A stretch of 64,000 nucleotides of DNA from an uncultured Kiritimatiellota bacterium (GTDB taxonomy: Bacteria > Verrucomicrobiota > Kiritimatiellia > RFP12 > DVOR01), in contig CALXSF010000004.1 of assembly GCA_944391055.1 (NCBI GenBank), positions 16,481-80,480 of the forward strand, in the 5' to 3' direction. This document shows positions 49,542-59,615 of this stretch, in pieces (the first letter of the stretch is position 1; every line of letters begins with the position of its first letter). Below the pieces are notes generated by a model, which worked only from the letters and a program-made list of their open reading frames with translations, did not search any database and was not told where the DNA came from. The position numbers and the translations under genes are program-made.

Positions 49542-50093
49542 TTATGGGTCGGGGATGAACAACGTCTGCCCCACGCGCAGTTTGGTGGGGTCGGTGATAT
49601 TGTTGGCCTGCATGATCGCCTTCACCGACACCTTGTAGGCCAAGGCGATCGCCGAGAGCGTCTGCCCCGCCTCCACCGTGTGGCTGTAGCCCGAACGCTG
49701 CCGCTCCGCCTGCCGCTCCCGCGCCTCGGCCGCCCGGGCCTGCTCCTGGCGCTTGGCGATGGCCGAGATCCGCGCGGAGAGGTCTTCCACAATCTCGTCC
49801 CGCAGGCGCCCCTGCGCGGAACGCACGGCGGCAAGGTCGGAACGGAGCGCGGCCACCTCGTCCTTCGACGCCAGCCCCGAATCCCCCGAACCGCGCTCCA
49901 GAGCCGCGATCCGCGCCGCCAGGGAAGACTGCCGCTGCTCGATGGCGTCGAAGCGCGCCGCCAAGGTCTGCACCTGATACTGAAGCTCGCGCAGCGCCTG
50001 GGCCTGCTGGGCGTAGGCCGAGCCCACGGCCCGCTGGGCCGGGGCCGCCGCCGCCAGCAACGCCGCCGCCGCGAGCGCAAGGAACGTCCGCAT
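49542..50093 (-). CDS. LysM peptidoglycan-binding protein with coiled coil
   Basis: Signal peptide, coiled coil, HTVEAGQTLSAIA...IMQANNITDPTKLRVGQTLFIP. Confidence 0.9.
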   Translation of the reverse strand: MRTFLALAAAALLAAAAPAQRAVGSAYAQQAQALRELQYQVQTLAARFDAIEQRQSSLAARIAALERGSGDSGLASKDEVAALRSDLAAVRSAQGRLRDEIVEDLSARISAIAKRQEQARAAEARERQAERQRSGYSHTVEAGQTLSAIALAYKVSVKAIMQANNITDPTKLRVGQTLFIPDP

Positions 50094-50107
50094 GGCGCCC
50101 GCCCCGC

Positions 50108-50434
50108 TCAGCGCGCCGCCGCCTGGGCGAGTTTCTCGAGCAGGACGTCCGCGCGCGTCACGCCCACCGTCGTGTCGACCGCCTGGCCGTCCTTGAAGAC
50201 GATCAGCGTGGGGATGGTCTGCACGCCGAAACGCACCGCCAGCGCGGGGGCCTTGTCAATATCCACCTTGCCGACGCGCACCTTCCCCTCCAGCTCCGGC
50301 GGGAGGGCCAGCTTGTCCAAGATCGCCCCCTGCATTTTGCAGGGACCGCACCACGTGGCCCAGAAATCCACCAACGTCACGCCCGAGGCCACCGCGGCGT
50401 CGAAGGACGACTCGTCGAAATGCTCAATCGTCAT
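50108..50434 (-). CDS. trxA: Thioredoxin
   Basis: LVDFWATWCGPC, IPTL. Confidence 0.95.
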   Translation of the reverse strand: MTIEHFDESSFDAAVASGVTLVDFWATWCGPCKMQGAILDKLALPPELEGKVRVGKVDIDKAPALAVRFGVQTIPTLIVFKDGQAVDTTVGVTRADVLLEKLAQAAAR

Positions 50435-50516
50435 GGCTCATTCCTCGTCAGGAGTTCGTACAACGCCCCCAGTATAACACAAAACGCCGCCTCGCCGAAA
50501 CAAGCGCAAGGAGCGA

Positions 50517-53500
50517 TCAGCCGCCCTGTGCCGCCTCGGCGGCCAAGGGGGACGCCGAACGGCAGGCCTCGACGCGGAAAAGTCCCCCATCCGATTCCTG
50601 CGGCGCCGTGATGGTGACGCTCCGCCCATCAGGCCCCACGGCCTCCGAGACGCCCAAGACTCGGTCGTCCGAGACGGAGCGGAGACGGAACGTCGTGCCA
50701 GGGACGAAACTGGCCCCGACCGGCGCACGCAGCGCGGCGGCGACCGCGAGGCGCCCCCCGTCAAACGTCAGATCCGTGACGGCAAAGTCATAGCACACCT
50801 CCACGCCGCCCTCCCCATCCGCGTGCGCGATCCCATCCAGACACGCCAACGCCTCGGAAGTCGCCGCCGCGTCAAGTGGCCTCCCGTTGCCCAACGCCCG
50901 AACGGCAGAAGGGACGACATTGCCGTTGACGCGCGTGAGCGTGGCCGCGGCGGCGGGAGAATAGGCGGAGGCGTCGTCGTCGGCGCCATTGGGCTTGGGC
51001 GGCGGCGTGGGACGCACCCAGATCTCCAGGTTTCGGACGGCGTAAGCGCCAAAGGTGAAGGCCTCGGCGAATTCATCAAGGAAAACCCCGTTGACGGAAG
51101 GCGTCCGACCGCTGGTGTGGGTGGCCAGATCCCCGATGAGCACCTCATCCTCCCCACTGTCGGAGCCCCAACGGTTGTAGGCGAAAAGCAGCGTCGCCGG
51201 GGTGGCGGCCTCGGCCGTGCGAAGCCAAAACTGGAAAATGCCGTAGGCGCCCGTGGCGTTGAGGGTGTCGTTCCAGTCATACCATCCGGCGAGACCGGCG
51301 GGAAGCCCGGACGCGCCGTCCGCCGAGCCCGCGCTCCCGGGCGCGAAGGCCACAAAGCACGCGGCGGGGCCGGCGGCCTCGGGGAAGGCGTTGCCGAAGA
51401 CGTGCGCGTCTCTCAGGTCTGCCTGAAGCACGGCGTCTGGCAGCCCCAAAGGCAACGCGCCCGGCGCGGCCGCCGCGGAGACCCAGACCGTCCGGACGGG
51501 GCCGCCGGGACGGGCCAGCTCCAAATAATAGGCCACACGGTCAAAATCCGGGACCGTGTCCTTCTCCAACGCGGCCTCCGCCTCGTCGCGCACGGCGGCG
51601 GAACGAAGCCCCTCCGGCGTCCACCGGACACGGATGTAACCCTCGGCCTCCGGGATGTTCGCCTTGGCGCCAAGCCCGGCCGGCGCGAACGCGGCCTCGG
51701 CCGTCTCGGCCGCGGCCTGCCCGGCGCGGCGGGCGGTGAGGCTCAGCGCGACCTCCCGCCCGGCGGCAAGCGGCTGTGGGAGGGCGCCCGTGAGGACACG
51801 CCCGTCCTCGGAGAGCGTCAGTCCCTCGGCCTCCTGCCCTGCGACCGTAAGGCGGAGCCCGTCGGGCACGACGTTGTGGTTGAGCGCGACGGCGACCCGC
51901 GCGCAATCCCCCTCCGGCGACCAGGCCGCGACGACGGCGAGCGCTTCCCGGAGCCCCTCCTCCCGGGCGGCGATTTGCTCGATGGCCGCGCGCCACACCG
52001 CCGCCATGCGGTTGTAGCCGGCCTGGTTCGGATGGAGGTTGTCGAGGAACCAAGGATTGGCCGCCCCCCGCTCGGCGAAACCGATCGCGTCCAACATGCT
52101 GGCCAAGCGCACCTTGGCCGTTTCGCCGAAAGCCGCGCGCCCGGCGGCGTTGGGGACGCCGAGCACGCAGGGCACCGCCGCGCCGTCCGCCTCGACCGTC
52201 CGCTCGGAGATGTCGAAAAGGCTGAGGATGGCTTCGTTGTAGGCGGGGCGGAAGGCGTCGGCCTTGTAATCCTCTTCGGTCTGGCCACGCGTGGCGATGA
52301 TGGGGGAGACGATCACCCAGGCGTCCGGGCGCAACGCCACGAGGCGCCGCACCAACGCCCGCCATTGCGCAAAGGCCGCCGCGGGGTCGCCGCCCGCGTC
52401 GTTCGTGCCGATCATGAGGGTGATGACGTCAGGGTGGCCGGCGGCATCCAGGAAATTGGCGACCCCTTCCAGATAACCGGCGCGATTGCCGCCGGTATGG
52501 ATGCGCTGCCCGCTGATGCCGTTGTGCCTGCGGCACTCCGGCAAGGTCGGCGCGTTGGCCGCGGCGAGCGCGTCGGAGTAGAGATTCTCCCAAAAGCCTG
52601 CCGAACGGACAGACCAGGCGTCCGCCGCGAAGCCATCGAAGAGCGGCCGCCGCCAGTTCGCGCCATTGGAGGAGCCATGCGTGATGGAATCGCCCATCGG
52701 CAAGACGGTCAGGTTGGCCTCGGCGCGGCGGACGGTGGCCAGGAGCCGATTGCCCAAGACGCTGAGGGTGAGCGCGGGCGGGCACGCCTCCGACCAATCG
52801 ACGAGCGCCTCCCAAACAGCCTCCCAATCCGCCGCGCCGTCCTCGGGAAGCGTAAGCACCGCTCGCGAACCGACGGGGGCAAGCGCCAGCGCTCCCGTGT
52901 CCAAGCCCAACCGCGTCCGCGCCGCGTCAAAACGCGTGCACACGGCGCCCGCGCCGCACCGCGCCATGCCGTCGCGGGCGAACGCGACGATGGCCGCGTC
53001 GGAGGCCTCGCCGCGGAAGACGGCCACCCGCTCAAGGGTAAAATCAAGCCCGCCCGCCGTCGCGCCCACGAAGTTGCCGAAGCAGATTCGGTCGGCGCCG
53101 AGCCCCGTCCCCTGAAGCCCCGTGACCGCGGTCCACGCGGGCGTGCCGCCCTCGCAGGGGAAGACGGTCATGCGCACAGGCCGTGTGCCCGTGGTGAAGG
53201 CCACGCACACGCTCCCCTCGCCGTCGAGTGCGTCGGCCGGCGGGAAGACGTTGCAGCCGCCCCAGACGCCGTTGCCCCACGTGCCCGCCAGAGTGGGCCT
53301 GCCATTCGCCACGCGGAGCGCGCACCCCACGCCCGTCTTCCCGTCGCCGACATGGATCAGCGGCTTGCCGTCCGCCTCGCGCCACGGCACGCCGCGTACC
53401 ACGGCCACGACGGTCAGGGCGTCGGCGGAGTCGTAACCCACGCCCAGGGCCCGCCCGCCGAAGGTGAGCGTCGGCGCGGCGCCGCCCCCGGTGCGCAGGG

Positions 53501-55436
53501 CCTTCCCCTCCGCTTGGCCCCCGCCGAGCCGCCAAGCGGCGGCGTCGACGCCGCCGACGTCAAAGGCGGTCTGCGGCGGCAGCGACGCCCCGGACGTCGC
53601 GTCGGAGAAATCCGTCCAAAGCGCCCACGGCCCCTCCGCCTGGCCGGGCGCCTGCGGCTCCGCCCACACCTCCAGCACGCGGCGTTCGTAGGCGTCCGGG
53701 GCGTAGGCGACGTAGCGCGTGAGGCGGGAGAGATGTGTCCAGTCATACACGGCGTCGATCTGATTGCCTAAGTTGTCGCGGTGCGTGCTGAAAGAGCCGA
53801 TGCCGATTTCCTCGGCCCCTGGGTCGGCACCCAAAAAGCCATTGTAGGCAAACAGCATTTCCGCGGCGGGGTCGGTCCAATCCCCGGCTGCGCCCTCGCG
53901 GATTCGGGCCACCTGCATGCAGCCCCAAAGCCCGCCCCCGGAGGCCAGCGTGTCGTTCCAGCCAAAGGCGCCGGCATGGGCCTCGGCGGGGAAGCCCGGC
54001 TGGTCGGCGGCCGTGTAGGTGTAGGGCGAGAACTCGATGACGCCGCGGCCCCCGGTCACGGACTTGGCGAAGTTGCCGCGGTTCCCGAAGACGGCGAGCC
54101 TCTCGACGATGGCCTTGCGCGCGGGACCGCCGGCCGCCGGGATGCCCGTCTGCGCGGGGTCGTTGCCAAACGCCCGCGCGTCCATCGAGACCCAGACGAA
54201 CTGCGCGGGCAGCCCGGGCCGCTTGAGCTCCAGATAGTACCCCACGCGGGCGATCGCCCCGGGAACGGCCTCCCCCGCCGTCCGCGCGCCCGTGGCCAAA
54301 TCGGTCGCGCTCAGCCGCACAAAGCCCTCGCGGAACATTTCCGGCACGTTCGCCTCCGCGCCGAAGCCAAGCAGCTCGATGGCCGCCGCGTCGGCCTCGG
54401 CGCGCAGATCGCCGCAAACGAGGGCGGCGGCGGAGACCTCGCCATTCCGGAAGGCCCGGTCGCAGGGGAAGACTAGGACGCGCGGATCCTCCGGGTCAAG
54501 CCGCCCGCCGGAGAGGGTCGGGCCGCCCGTCAGGGCAAGCGTGCCTCCGACGAACGCCCCCGCTGGTCGATTGAGGCGCACACGCACCTCCCCAGCGACG
54601 CCGTTGTGGAGATGGACGATGGCTGGCGGCGCGGCGTTCAGCGCCCGGATCGCCTCGGCGAAGGCCTCGCGCCAAGCGGCGGCGACGCGAATGCTTCCCT
54701 GTTCGTTCGGGTGGACGCCGTCCGCCTTGTAAAGCGTCGCGTCGAAGGCGTCGCCGAAGGCTTGGCGGCAGACATCGGCGAGGCGGACGTTCGGGCGGTC
54801 GAAGGGCGCGGCCTTGGCCTCCGCCGCGGCGCGGATGAGGTCGTTGAACGGCCCGAAGCGACCGTCGGATTTGTTGCCGGGGACGACGGGCAGCAAGGTG
54901 GAGACGAGCACTTGGCTGTGGGGGCGCAGGTCGACCAAACGCGAGGCCAGCTCCACCCAGCCCGCGAAGACCGCCTCAATGCCGGCCGCGTCGTCGGAGG
55001 GAAGGAACGAAAGATCGTTGATGCCGAGCATGAGGGTGATGACGTCGGGATGGCCGGCGTGCTCAAGCGCGCTCTCGGCATTGAAGCGATGCGCGCCGTA
55101 TTGGTTGCCGGAAACGGGGCGGATGAGCCCGCCATAAATCCCGCAATGCCAAGCCCAAGCCGGATTGTCCTCGACCTCCTCGGTGCCCTGGTGGCCGGTC
55201 CGGAACCCCACGCAGCGGACGGGCTGCCCGGCCTCGGTGAGCTGGCGCCAAAGTTGGTAGCGATAGCCGCCGCGCGTGGCGACGTCGCCGCGGTCGGGGT
55301 GGCCCATGTCCCGCTCGCCCTCGGTGATGGAGTCGCCCATCGGCATCCAGACAAGCGTGTCCGGCAGCCGCTCCTCGGCGCCGCGCCCAAGGACGGCGGC
55401 GGACAGCGCAAGCAACACGGCGGCAAGCAATCTCAT
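50517..55436 (-). CDS. Secreted multidomain esterase: two SGNH/GDSL domains, each followed by a repeated accessory module, a LamG-like middle region and a C-terminal domain
   Basis: MPMGDSIT...LGIND...DGVHP and LPMGDSIT...IGTND...DNLHP; twice RVxYYLEL...WVS...WNDTL...LFAYN. Confidence 0.85.
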   Translation of the reverse strand: MRLLAAVLLALSAAVLGRGAEERLPDTLVWMPMGDSITEGERDMGHPDRGDVATRGGYRYQLWRQLTEAGQPVRCVGFRTGHQGTEEVEDNPAWAWHCGIYGGLIRPVSGNQYGAHRFNAESALEHAGHPDVITLMLGINDLSFLPSDDAAGIEAVFAGWVELASRLVDLRPHSQVLVSTLLPVVPGNKSDGRFGPFNDLIRAAAEAKAAPFDRPNVRLADVCRQAFGDAFDATLYKADGVHPNEQGSIRVAAAWREAFAEAIRALNAAPPAIVHLHNGVAGEVRVRLNRPAGAFVGGTLALTGGPTLSGGRLDPEDPRVLVFPCDRAFRNGEVSAAALVCGDLRAEADAAAIELLGFGAEANVPEMFREGFVRLSATDLATGARTAGEAVPGAIARVGYYLELKRPGLPAQFVWVSMDARAFGNDPAQTGIPAAGGPARKAIVERLAVFGNRGNFAKSVTGGRGVIEFSPYTYTAADQPGFPAEAHAGAFGWNDTLASGGGLWGCMQVARIREGAAGDWTDPAAEMLFAYNGFLGADPGAEEIGIGSFSTHRDNLGNQIDAVYDWTHLSRLTRYVAYAPDAYERRVLEVWAEPQAPGQAEGPWALWTDFSDATSGASLPPQTAFDVGGVDAAAWRLGGGQAEGKALRTGGGAAPTLTFGGRALGVGYDSADALTVVAVVRGVPWREADGKPLIHVGDGKTGVGCALRVANGRPTLAGTWGNGVWGGCNVFPPADALDGEGSVCVAFTTGTRPVRMTVFPCEGGTPAWTAVTGLQGTGLGADRICFGNFVGATAGGLDFTLERVAVFRGEASDAAIVAFARDGMARCGAGAVCTRFDAARTRLGLDTGALALAPVGSRAVLTLPEDGAADWEAVWEALVDWSEACPPALTLSVLGNRLLATVRRAEANLTVLPMGDSITHGSSNGANWRRPLFDGFAADAWSVRSAGFWENLYSDALAAANAPTLPECRRHNGISGQRIHTGGNRAGYLEGVANFLDAAGHPDVITLMIGTNDAGGDPAAAFAQWRALVRRLVALRPDAWVIVSPIIATRGQTEEDYKADAFRPAYNEAILSLFDISERTVEADGAAVPCVLGVPNAAGRAAFGETAKVRLASMLDAIGFAERGAANPWFLDNLHPNQAGYNRMAAVWRAAIEQIAAREEGLREALAVVAAWSPEGDCARVAVALNHNVVPDGLRLTVAGQEAEGLTLSEDGRVLTGALPQPLAAGREVALSLTARRAGQAAAETAEAAFAPAGLGAKANIPEAEGYIRVRWTPEGLRSAAVRDEAEAALEKDTVPDFDRVAYYLELARPGGPVRTVWVSAAAAPGALPLGLPDAVLQADLRDAHVFGNAFPEAAGPAACFVAFAPGSAGSADGASGLPAGLAGWYDWNDTLNATGAYGIFQFWLRTAEAATPATLLFAYNRWGSDSGEDEVLIGDLATHTSGRTPSVNGVFLDEFAEAFTFGAYAVRNLEIWVRPTPPPKPNGADDDASAYSPAAAATLTRVNGNVVPSAVRALGNGRPLDAAATSEALACLDGIAHADGEGGVEVCYDFAVTDLTFDGGRLAVAAALRAPVGASFVPGTTFRLRSVSDDRVLGVSEAVGPDGRSVTITAPQESDGGLFRVEACRSASPLAAEAAQGG

Positions 55437-55450
55437 GGGAACTCCTCCCT

Positions 55451-58400
55451 TCAGCGCAGATAAGGCGCAAGGTCGATCCGCTCGAAACGGATTTGGTTGT
55501 TGGCCTCGTAAAGGACGCCCAGTGTCGTCTCGTCAAGCAGGCAGAGCGAGACATAACCCTGCCCGCCGGTCGCCCCGGCGTGGATCACGAGGGGATTCTC
55601 CAGATCCCAGGCCACGCCCTCCTGCCCGGCGTCCGGGTTGTCCGCGGTGAGATCGCGCCCGAAGACAAGCGCCAGCTTGGCGCGGGTGTCGGGGTCGAGC
55701 TGGTGGGCCAGCACATAACGCCCCACCCCGTCGGCGCCCGTGCCGATGCGCAGGCACGAGCCTTGGACGTGGATGACGTTGGGGATGTCGGCGAGCGGCT
55801 TCCAGGTCTCAAAGTCGGTGGTTCGGAAAAAGAGCCTGCGGCCGTTCCCGGCCCCCCATGAGCCGCCCTTGGACATCATGAGCCACGAGCCATCGTCCAA
55901 TTCGAGGATGCAATTCTCCTGCGCGTTGCCGGGCGGCATGGGGGTGAGGCCCGTCGTCCGCCAGGTTTCGCCGCCGTCGGTGGAATAGGCGGCGCAGCAC
56001 TGCGCGTCGCCGGTACCGTTGTTCACGAAGGCCTGGACGGGGAAGACGAGCGTCCCCCGCGGCATCCCCGCGCGGCCAATCCGCGTGACCATGCCATGCC
56101 CCGGGCCCGCGAGGACGCCGCGCCCGGGGTGGGCCGACTTGCCGATGCCCGCGAGGATATCGGCCTTGACGGAACGCCGCCCCTCCCACGGCGCGTCGGG
56201 GTCGGCGCCGCGGGAGTAAAGCACGCAGTCGTTGCGCGCGCTGTCCGTGCCGGCGTAAGAAAGCCCGCCGCCGGTGATGGCCATCAGCCAGTAACGTTCC
56301 CCCTCGGGGTCGAAGAGGAGGGCGGCATCGCCGATATCCATTTCCTTGGTAATCCGGGCCCGGTCGGCACCCAAGGGATAGGAACCGTCGTTGGCGCGGA
56401 AGTTGTCCACGTCCACGGCCAGGCGCGGCTTGCCCCACGTGCGGCCGAAGTCCGCGCTGAAGGACTCGCCCAGATCGATGCCGCTGAGGCGGGAATCCCC
56501 CAGGTCGCCGCCGCCGTAACGGACGTCATAGACCGCCACCACCCCGCCCGCGCCGTCGGTGGCCAGGGCGGGGATACGGTAAATCGTGGCGCCATCTCCC
56601 TCCGCGGCCAGGGCGCTGTCCGCGGGCACGAAGCCATCCTTCACCAAATTGTCCGCCACCACGGCGGCGATATGCGCGGTCGTGCCCGTGCCGCCCCACG
56701 TGCCCGCGGCCACGGAGACCGAGCCGTTGACGTCGGTCGGGCCCGCGAGGGTGACCTGCGCGCCGTCCGTCACGGCAAGCCCCGTGAAGGTGAGCGTGCC
56801 CGTGGCCGCCGCGCCCTCGGGCGTCTCGAGACGTGCGGCATGGGCCACGCCGTCGATCGTCAGCGTATAGAGCCCGCCGGGGACAAGGCCCGTGCCGGAA
56901 AGGGTCAGCGTCAGCGTCGTCCGCCCCGCGGCGCCAAGATCCGCCGGATCCCCCGCGAAGGCGAAACCCAAAAGCGTGGCCGTACCCGAGCCGGCCGCGA
57001 GGGGACGCTCCGCGGGCGCGGCGGGCCGCAGGTCGGCCAAAGGGCCCGGCGCGCCGGCCGTTTCCTCGGCGCGGACCTTGAGGAAGGGGAAGCCCGGCGC
57101 CGTCGCCTCAAGCGTCGCCCCCGCCGCGACCGGCGCGGGGAAGGCGGCCAACCGCTCCCACGCGCCATCGAGCGTCCGCGCGCCCAACAGGGAAAGCGCG
57201 CCGTTGCGCAAGGCCGGCGTCCCGTCCGAAAGCGTCACCGACACGCGGTCGCCGACCTCCAGCCGCCCGACGGCGACCTCCGCCGCGCCGCCCCCGTCCA
57301 TCCCGAACGCCCACAGCGCCAACGCGGCGTCGCGGTCGCCCAGCCGCTCGCCGTTCACCGAGACCTCCGGCACGGTCAGGGCGCCGCGCACCCGAAGTAG
57401 ATGCAGCAACGGACCAACACCCAGCCCGCGCAGCGCCTCGGGCACGTCGTAAAGCGCGGCGACGGGGTTGTCGGGCACGGCCGTTTCCGCGAAGTCCACC
57501 CGCGCGGCATGGACGCGCAGCCCCGCGAGCGGCAGCGCGCCCGTCGCCGCCGCCCCGATCGTGACCGCCGAGAGCGGCGCGTCGCTCCACTTGATGCCCG
57601 GGGCCTCGGCCAAAAGGCGGCCATCCTCCCACAGCGCCGCGCCGCCGGCGGTGGAATAGACGAGCGTCCAGAGATGGCGCCCCGCGGCGGGACGGCCATA
57701 CGTCACGGTCGCAACATGCTCCATGGAGCCGCTGTGGCGGATGGGGTGGCCCGCCGCGCACGCCTCGGCCTGCGCCGTGAAGACCTCCCCGTCGCCGCGC
57801 GTCACCTCCCACCCCACGAGCGCGCCCGTGGCGCCCTCGGGCAACGTCGCGTCCACCGTCACGGCCACCGCCGCATGGCCCACGCCGAAACCGGAAAGGC
57901 GGAGCGGCCCGCCCGACAAGACCAACTCCGGCTCGCAGACCGGCGCGGCGGGCAACACCCAGCGCGCCGCCGCGTCCGTGCAGACAAAGGGGCTCTCCGC
58001 GACGCCCAGGCGCAGCGTCGCGGCGTGGACCGTCAGCCCCGCCATCGGCGAATCGGGCGCGTCCGAGGCGTCGTTGCCAAAGGTGAGGAACGGTACCGCC
58101 GTCCCCGCCCAGACCAACCCGGGCGAGGCGTAGGCCAGGGCCCCGTCCACCCAGACCCGCGTGCCCGAGGTGGCCGAATCGCGCGCCGCGCCCCCCACGT
58201 TCGGCCGCTCGGAGTCATAGGTCAGGCGGATGCGGTGTCGGCCCGGCGCGAGCGCCACGGTTTGGGCCACCTGCGACCAGCCATCGTAAAAGGCCGAGAG
58301 TTCCCCCGCCTCCCGGCAGGCGAAGCGCACCTCGTGCGTGCCGGAGCGGAAACCCAGGAGCGTTCCCGTCGCCCCCTCGGGCACCGTCACCTCGGCCGTC

Positions 58401-59515
58401 AGCGTGAAGGCCGTCGTCGGCGCGAAGCCGCCGACGGCCAACGGCCCGCCCGCCAAGGTCAGCCCGCCATCCGCCCCGACCGTCGCGTCCGCGGGGATGA
58501 GCGGCGCCGCGTCCGGGTCGTCGCACGCGAAGCCCGCGAAGGCGGGTGCCTTCCCCTCGATGAGCAGACGGTTGCCCGCCACCTCGGGATCCTGCCACAC
58601 GCGCACGTAATCGATCTCGTGGGCGATGGGATAGCCCGCGCCATCCGTCGGCGGGTCGTTGGCCATGCTCCCCAGCGCCAGGTTCAGCACGAAGTGGAAA
58701 AGATTGTCCGCGAAGGGCGTCTCGCCGCTCTGCGGGGCCACGAGCGCGCCGGGGTCGCGCACAAGCACCGGTTCCCCGTCGAAGGTGATGGCCAGGCGTT
58801 CGGGCGTCCACTCCAACCCATACTCATGCCAGGCCGCGTCCGCGAGATCCGCTTGGTCCAAATCCTCGCACAGGAGCGTCTCGCCGTCCATCTTGTAGGC
58901 CGCGCCCGTCCACGAATCGCCCCAATGCAGGGTGGAATGGATGGTTTGGCGCGCCTGCGCGGCGGCCTCCGCGCCGTCGCCGTCGCGCGTCGCGTACTCC
59001 ATCAGGTCGATCTCGCCGCACTGCGGCCACGGGACGGTGGAGACCGCCCGCCAGAACGCTTCGGCGTCGCCGAGATCCCCCGGCGGGGTCTGCGTCGTGC
59101 CCAGCATCCAGATGGCCGGCCACGCCCCCGAGGCGACGCTGAAGCGCGCCCGAACCGCCACCCGCCCATAGCGCATGGAGAACTTGCCGAAGGAGTTCAC
59201 CGACCCCGAGGCGTAGGGCTTGGACTTGGTGTAACTCCTCCAATCCTCCCAGCCGTTCCGCCCGTAGAAGGGATTGGAATACCCGGCCTCGTCAAAGGTC
59301 GCCGTCAGCCGCAGCACGCCGTCCGCGACCGTGAGGTTTGCCGGGCCGGCGCGATAGAGCTGCGCCGCGCGGTCGTTCCGGACCAACCCCTGCTCCGCCG
59401 TCCACCGCGCGGCATCCAGCGCCGCCCCCTCGAACTCGTCATGCCACACCAGCACCTCCGTCGCCGAAACCAGCGACGCGGCGAACGAAACCAGAATGAG
59501 CCCAAGTCCGCGCAT
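55451..59515 (-). CDS. Secreted GH16 + LamG-like + GH33 (sialidase-like) fusion
   Basis: LVWHDEF, WPAIWM, WPQCGEIDLME, IDYVRVWQ (GH16); YRIP, Asp boxes SADFGRTW, STDGGETW, TTDFETW, GYVSL, GVLYE (GH33). Confidence 0.87.
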   Translation of the reverse strand: MRGLGLILVSFAASLVSATEVLVWHDEFEGAALDAARWTAEQGLVRNDRAAQLYRAGPANLTVADGVLRLTATFDEAGYSNPFYGRNGWEDWRSYTKSKPYASGSVNSFGKFSMRYGRVAVRARFSVASGAWPAIWMLGTTQTPPGDLGDAEAFWRAVSTVPWPQCGEIDLMEYATRDGDGAEAAAQARQTIHSTLHWGDSWTGAAYKMDGETLLCEDLDQADLADAAWHEYGLEWTPERLAITFDGEPVLVRDPGALVAPQSGETPFADNLFHFVLNLALGSMANDPPTDGAGYPIAHEIDYVRVWQDPEVAGNRLLIEGKAPAFAGFACDDPDAAPLIPADATVGADGGLTLAGGPLAVGGFAPTTAFTLTAEVTVPEGATGTLLGFRSGTHEVRFACREAGELSAFYDGWSQVAQTVALAPGRHRIRLTYDSERPNVGGAARDSATSGTRVWVDGALAYASPGLVWAGTAVPFLTFGNDASDAPDSPMAGLTVHAATLRLGVAESPFVCTDAAARWVLPAAPVCEPELVLSGGPLRLSGFGVGHAAVAVTVDATLPEGATGALVGWEVTRGDGEVFTAQAEACAAGHPIRHSGSMEHVATVTYGRPAAGRHLWTLVYSTAGGAALWEDGRLLAEAPGIKWSDAPLSAVTIGAAATGALPLAGLRVHAARVDFAETAVPDNPVAALYDVPEALRGLGVGPLLHLLRVRGALTVPEVSVNGERLGDRDAALALWAFGMDGGGAAEVAVGRLEVGDRVSVTLSDGTPALRNGALSLLGARTLDGAWERLAAFPAPVAAGATLEATAPGFPFLKVRAEETAGAPGPLADLRPAAPAERPLAAGSGTATLLGFAFAGDPADLGAAGRTTLTLTLSGTGLVPGGLYTLTIDGVAHAARLETPEGAAATGTLTFTGLAVTDGAQVTLAGPTDVNGSVSVAAGTWGGTGTTAHIAAVVADNLVKDGFVPADSALAAEGDGATIYRIPALATDGAGGVVAVYDVRYGGGDLGDSRLSGIDLGESFSADFGRTWGKPRLAVDVDNFRANDGSYPLGADRARITKEMDIGDAALLFDPEGERYWLMAITGGGLSYAGTDSARNDCVLYSRGADPDAPWEGRRSVKADILAGIGKSAHPGRGVLAGPGHGMVTRIGRAGMPRGTLVFPVQAFVNNGTGDAQCCAAYSTDGGETWRTTGLTPMPPGNAQENCILELDDGSWLMMSKGGSWGAGNGRRLFFRTTDFETWKPLADIPNVIHVQGSCLRIGTGADGVGRYVLAHQLDPDTRAKLALVFGRDLTADNPDAGQEGVAWDLENPLVIHAGATGGQGYVSLCLLDETTLGVLYEANNQIRFERIDLAPYLR

Positions 59516-59615
59516 TGACCGCTCCTCAATCCAAAAAATGTATCACGCGCCTCGCCGGGCGGCAACGGAAAACGCGTCCCCCGCGCCGATGCCGACGGGA
59601 GGACGCACCCCCGGT

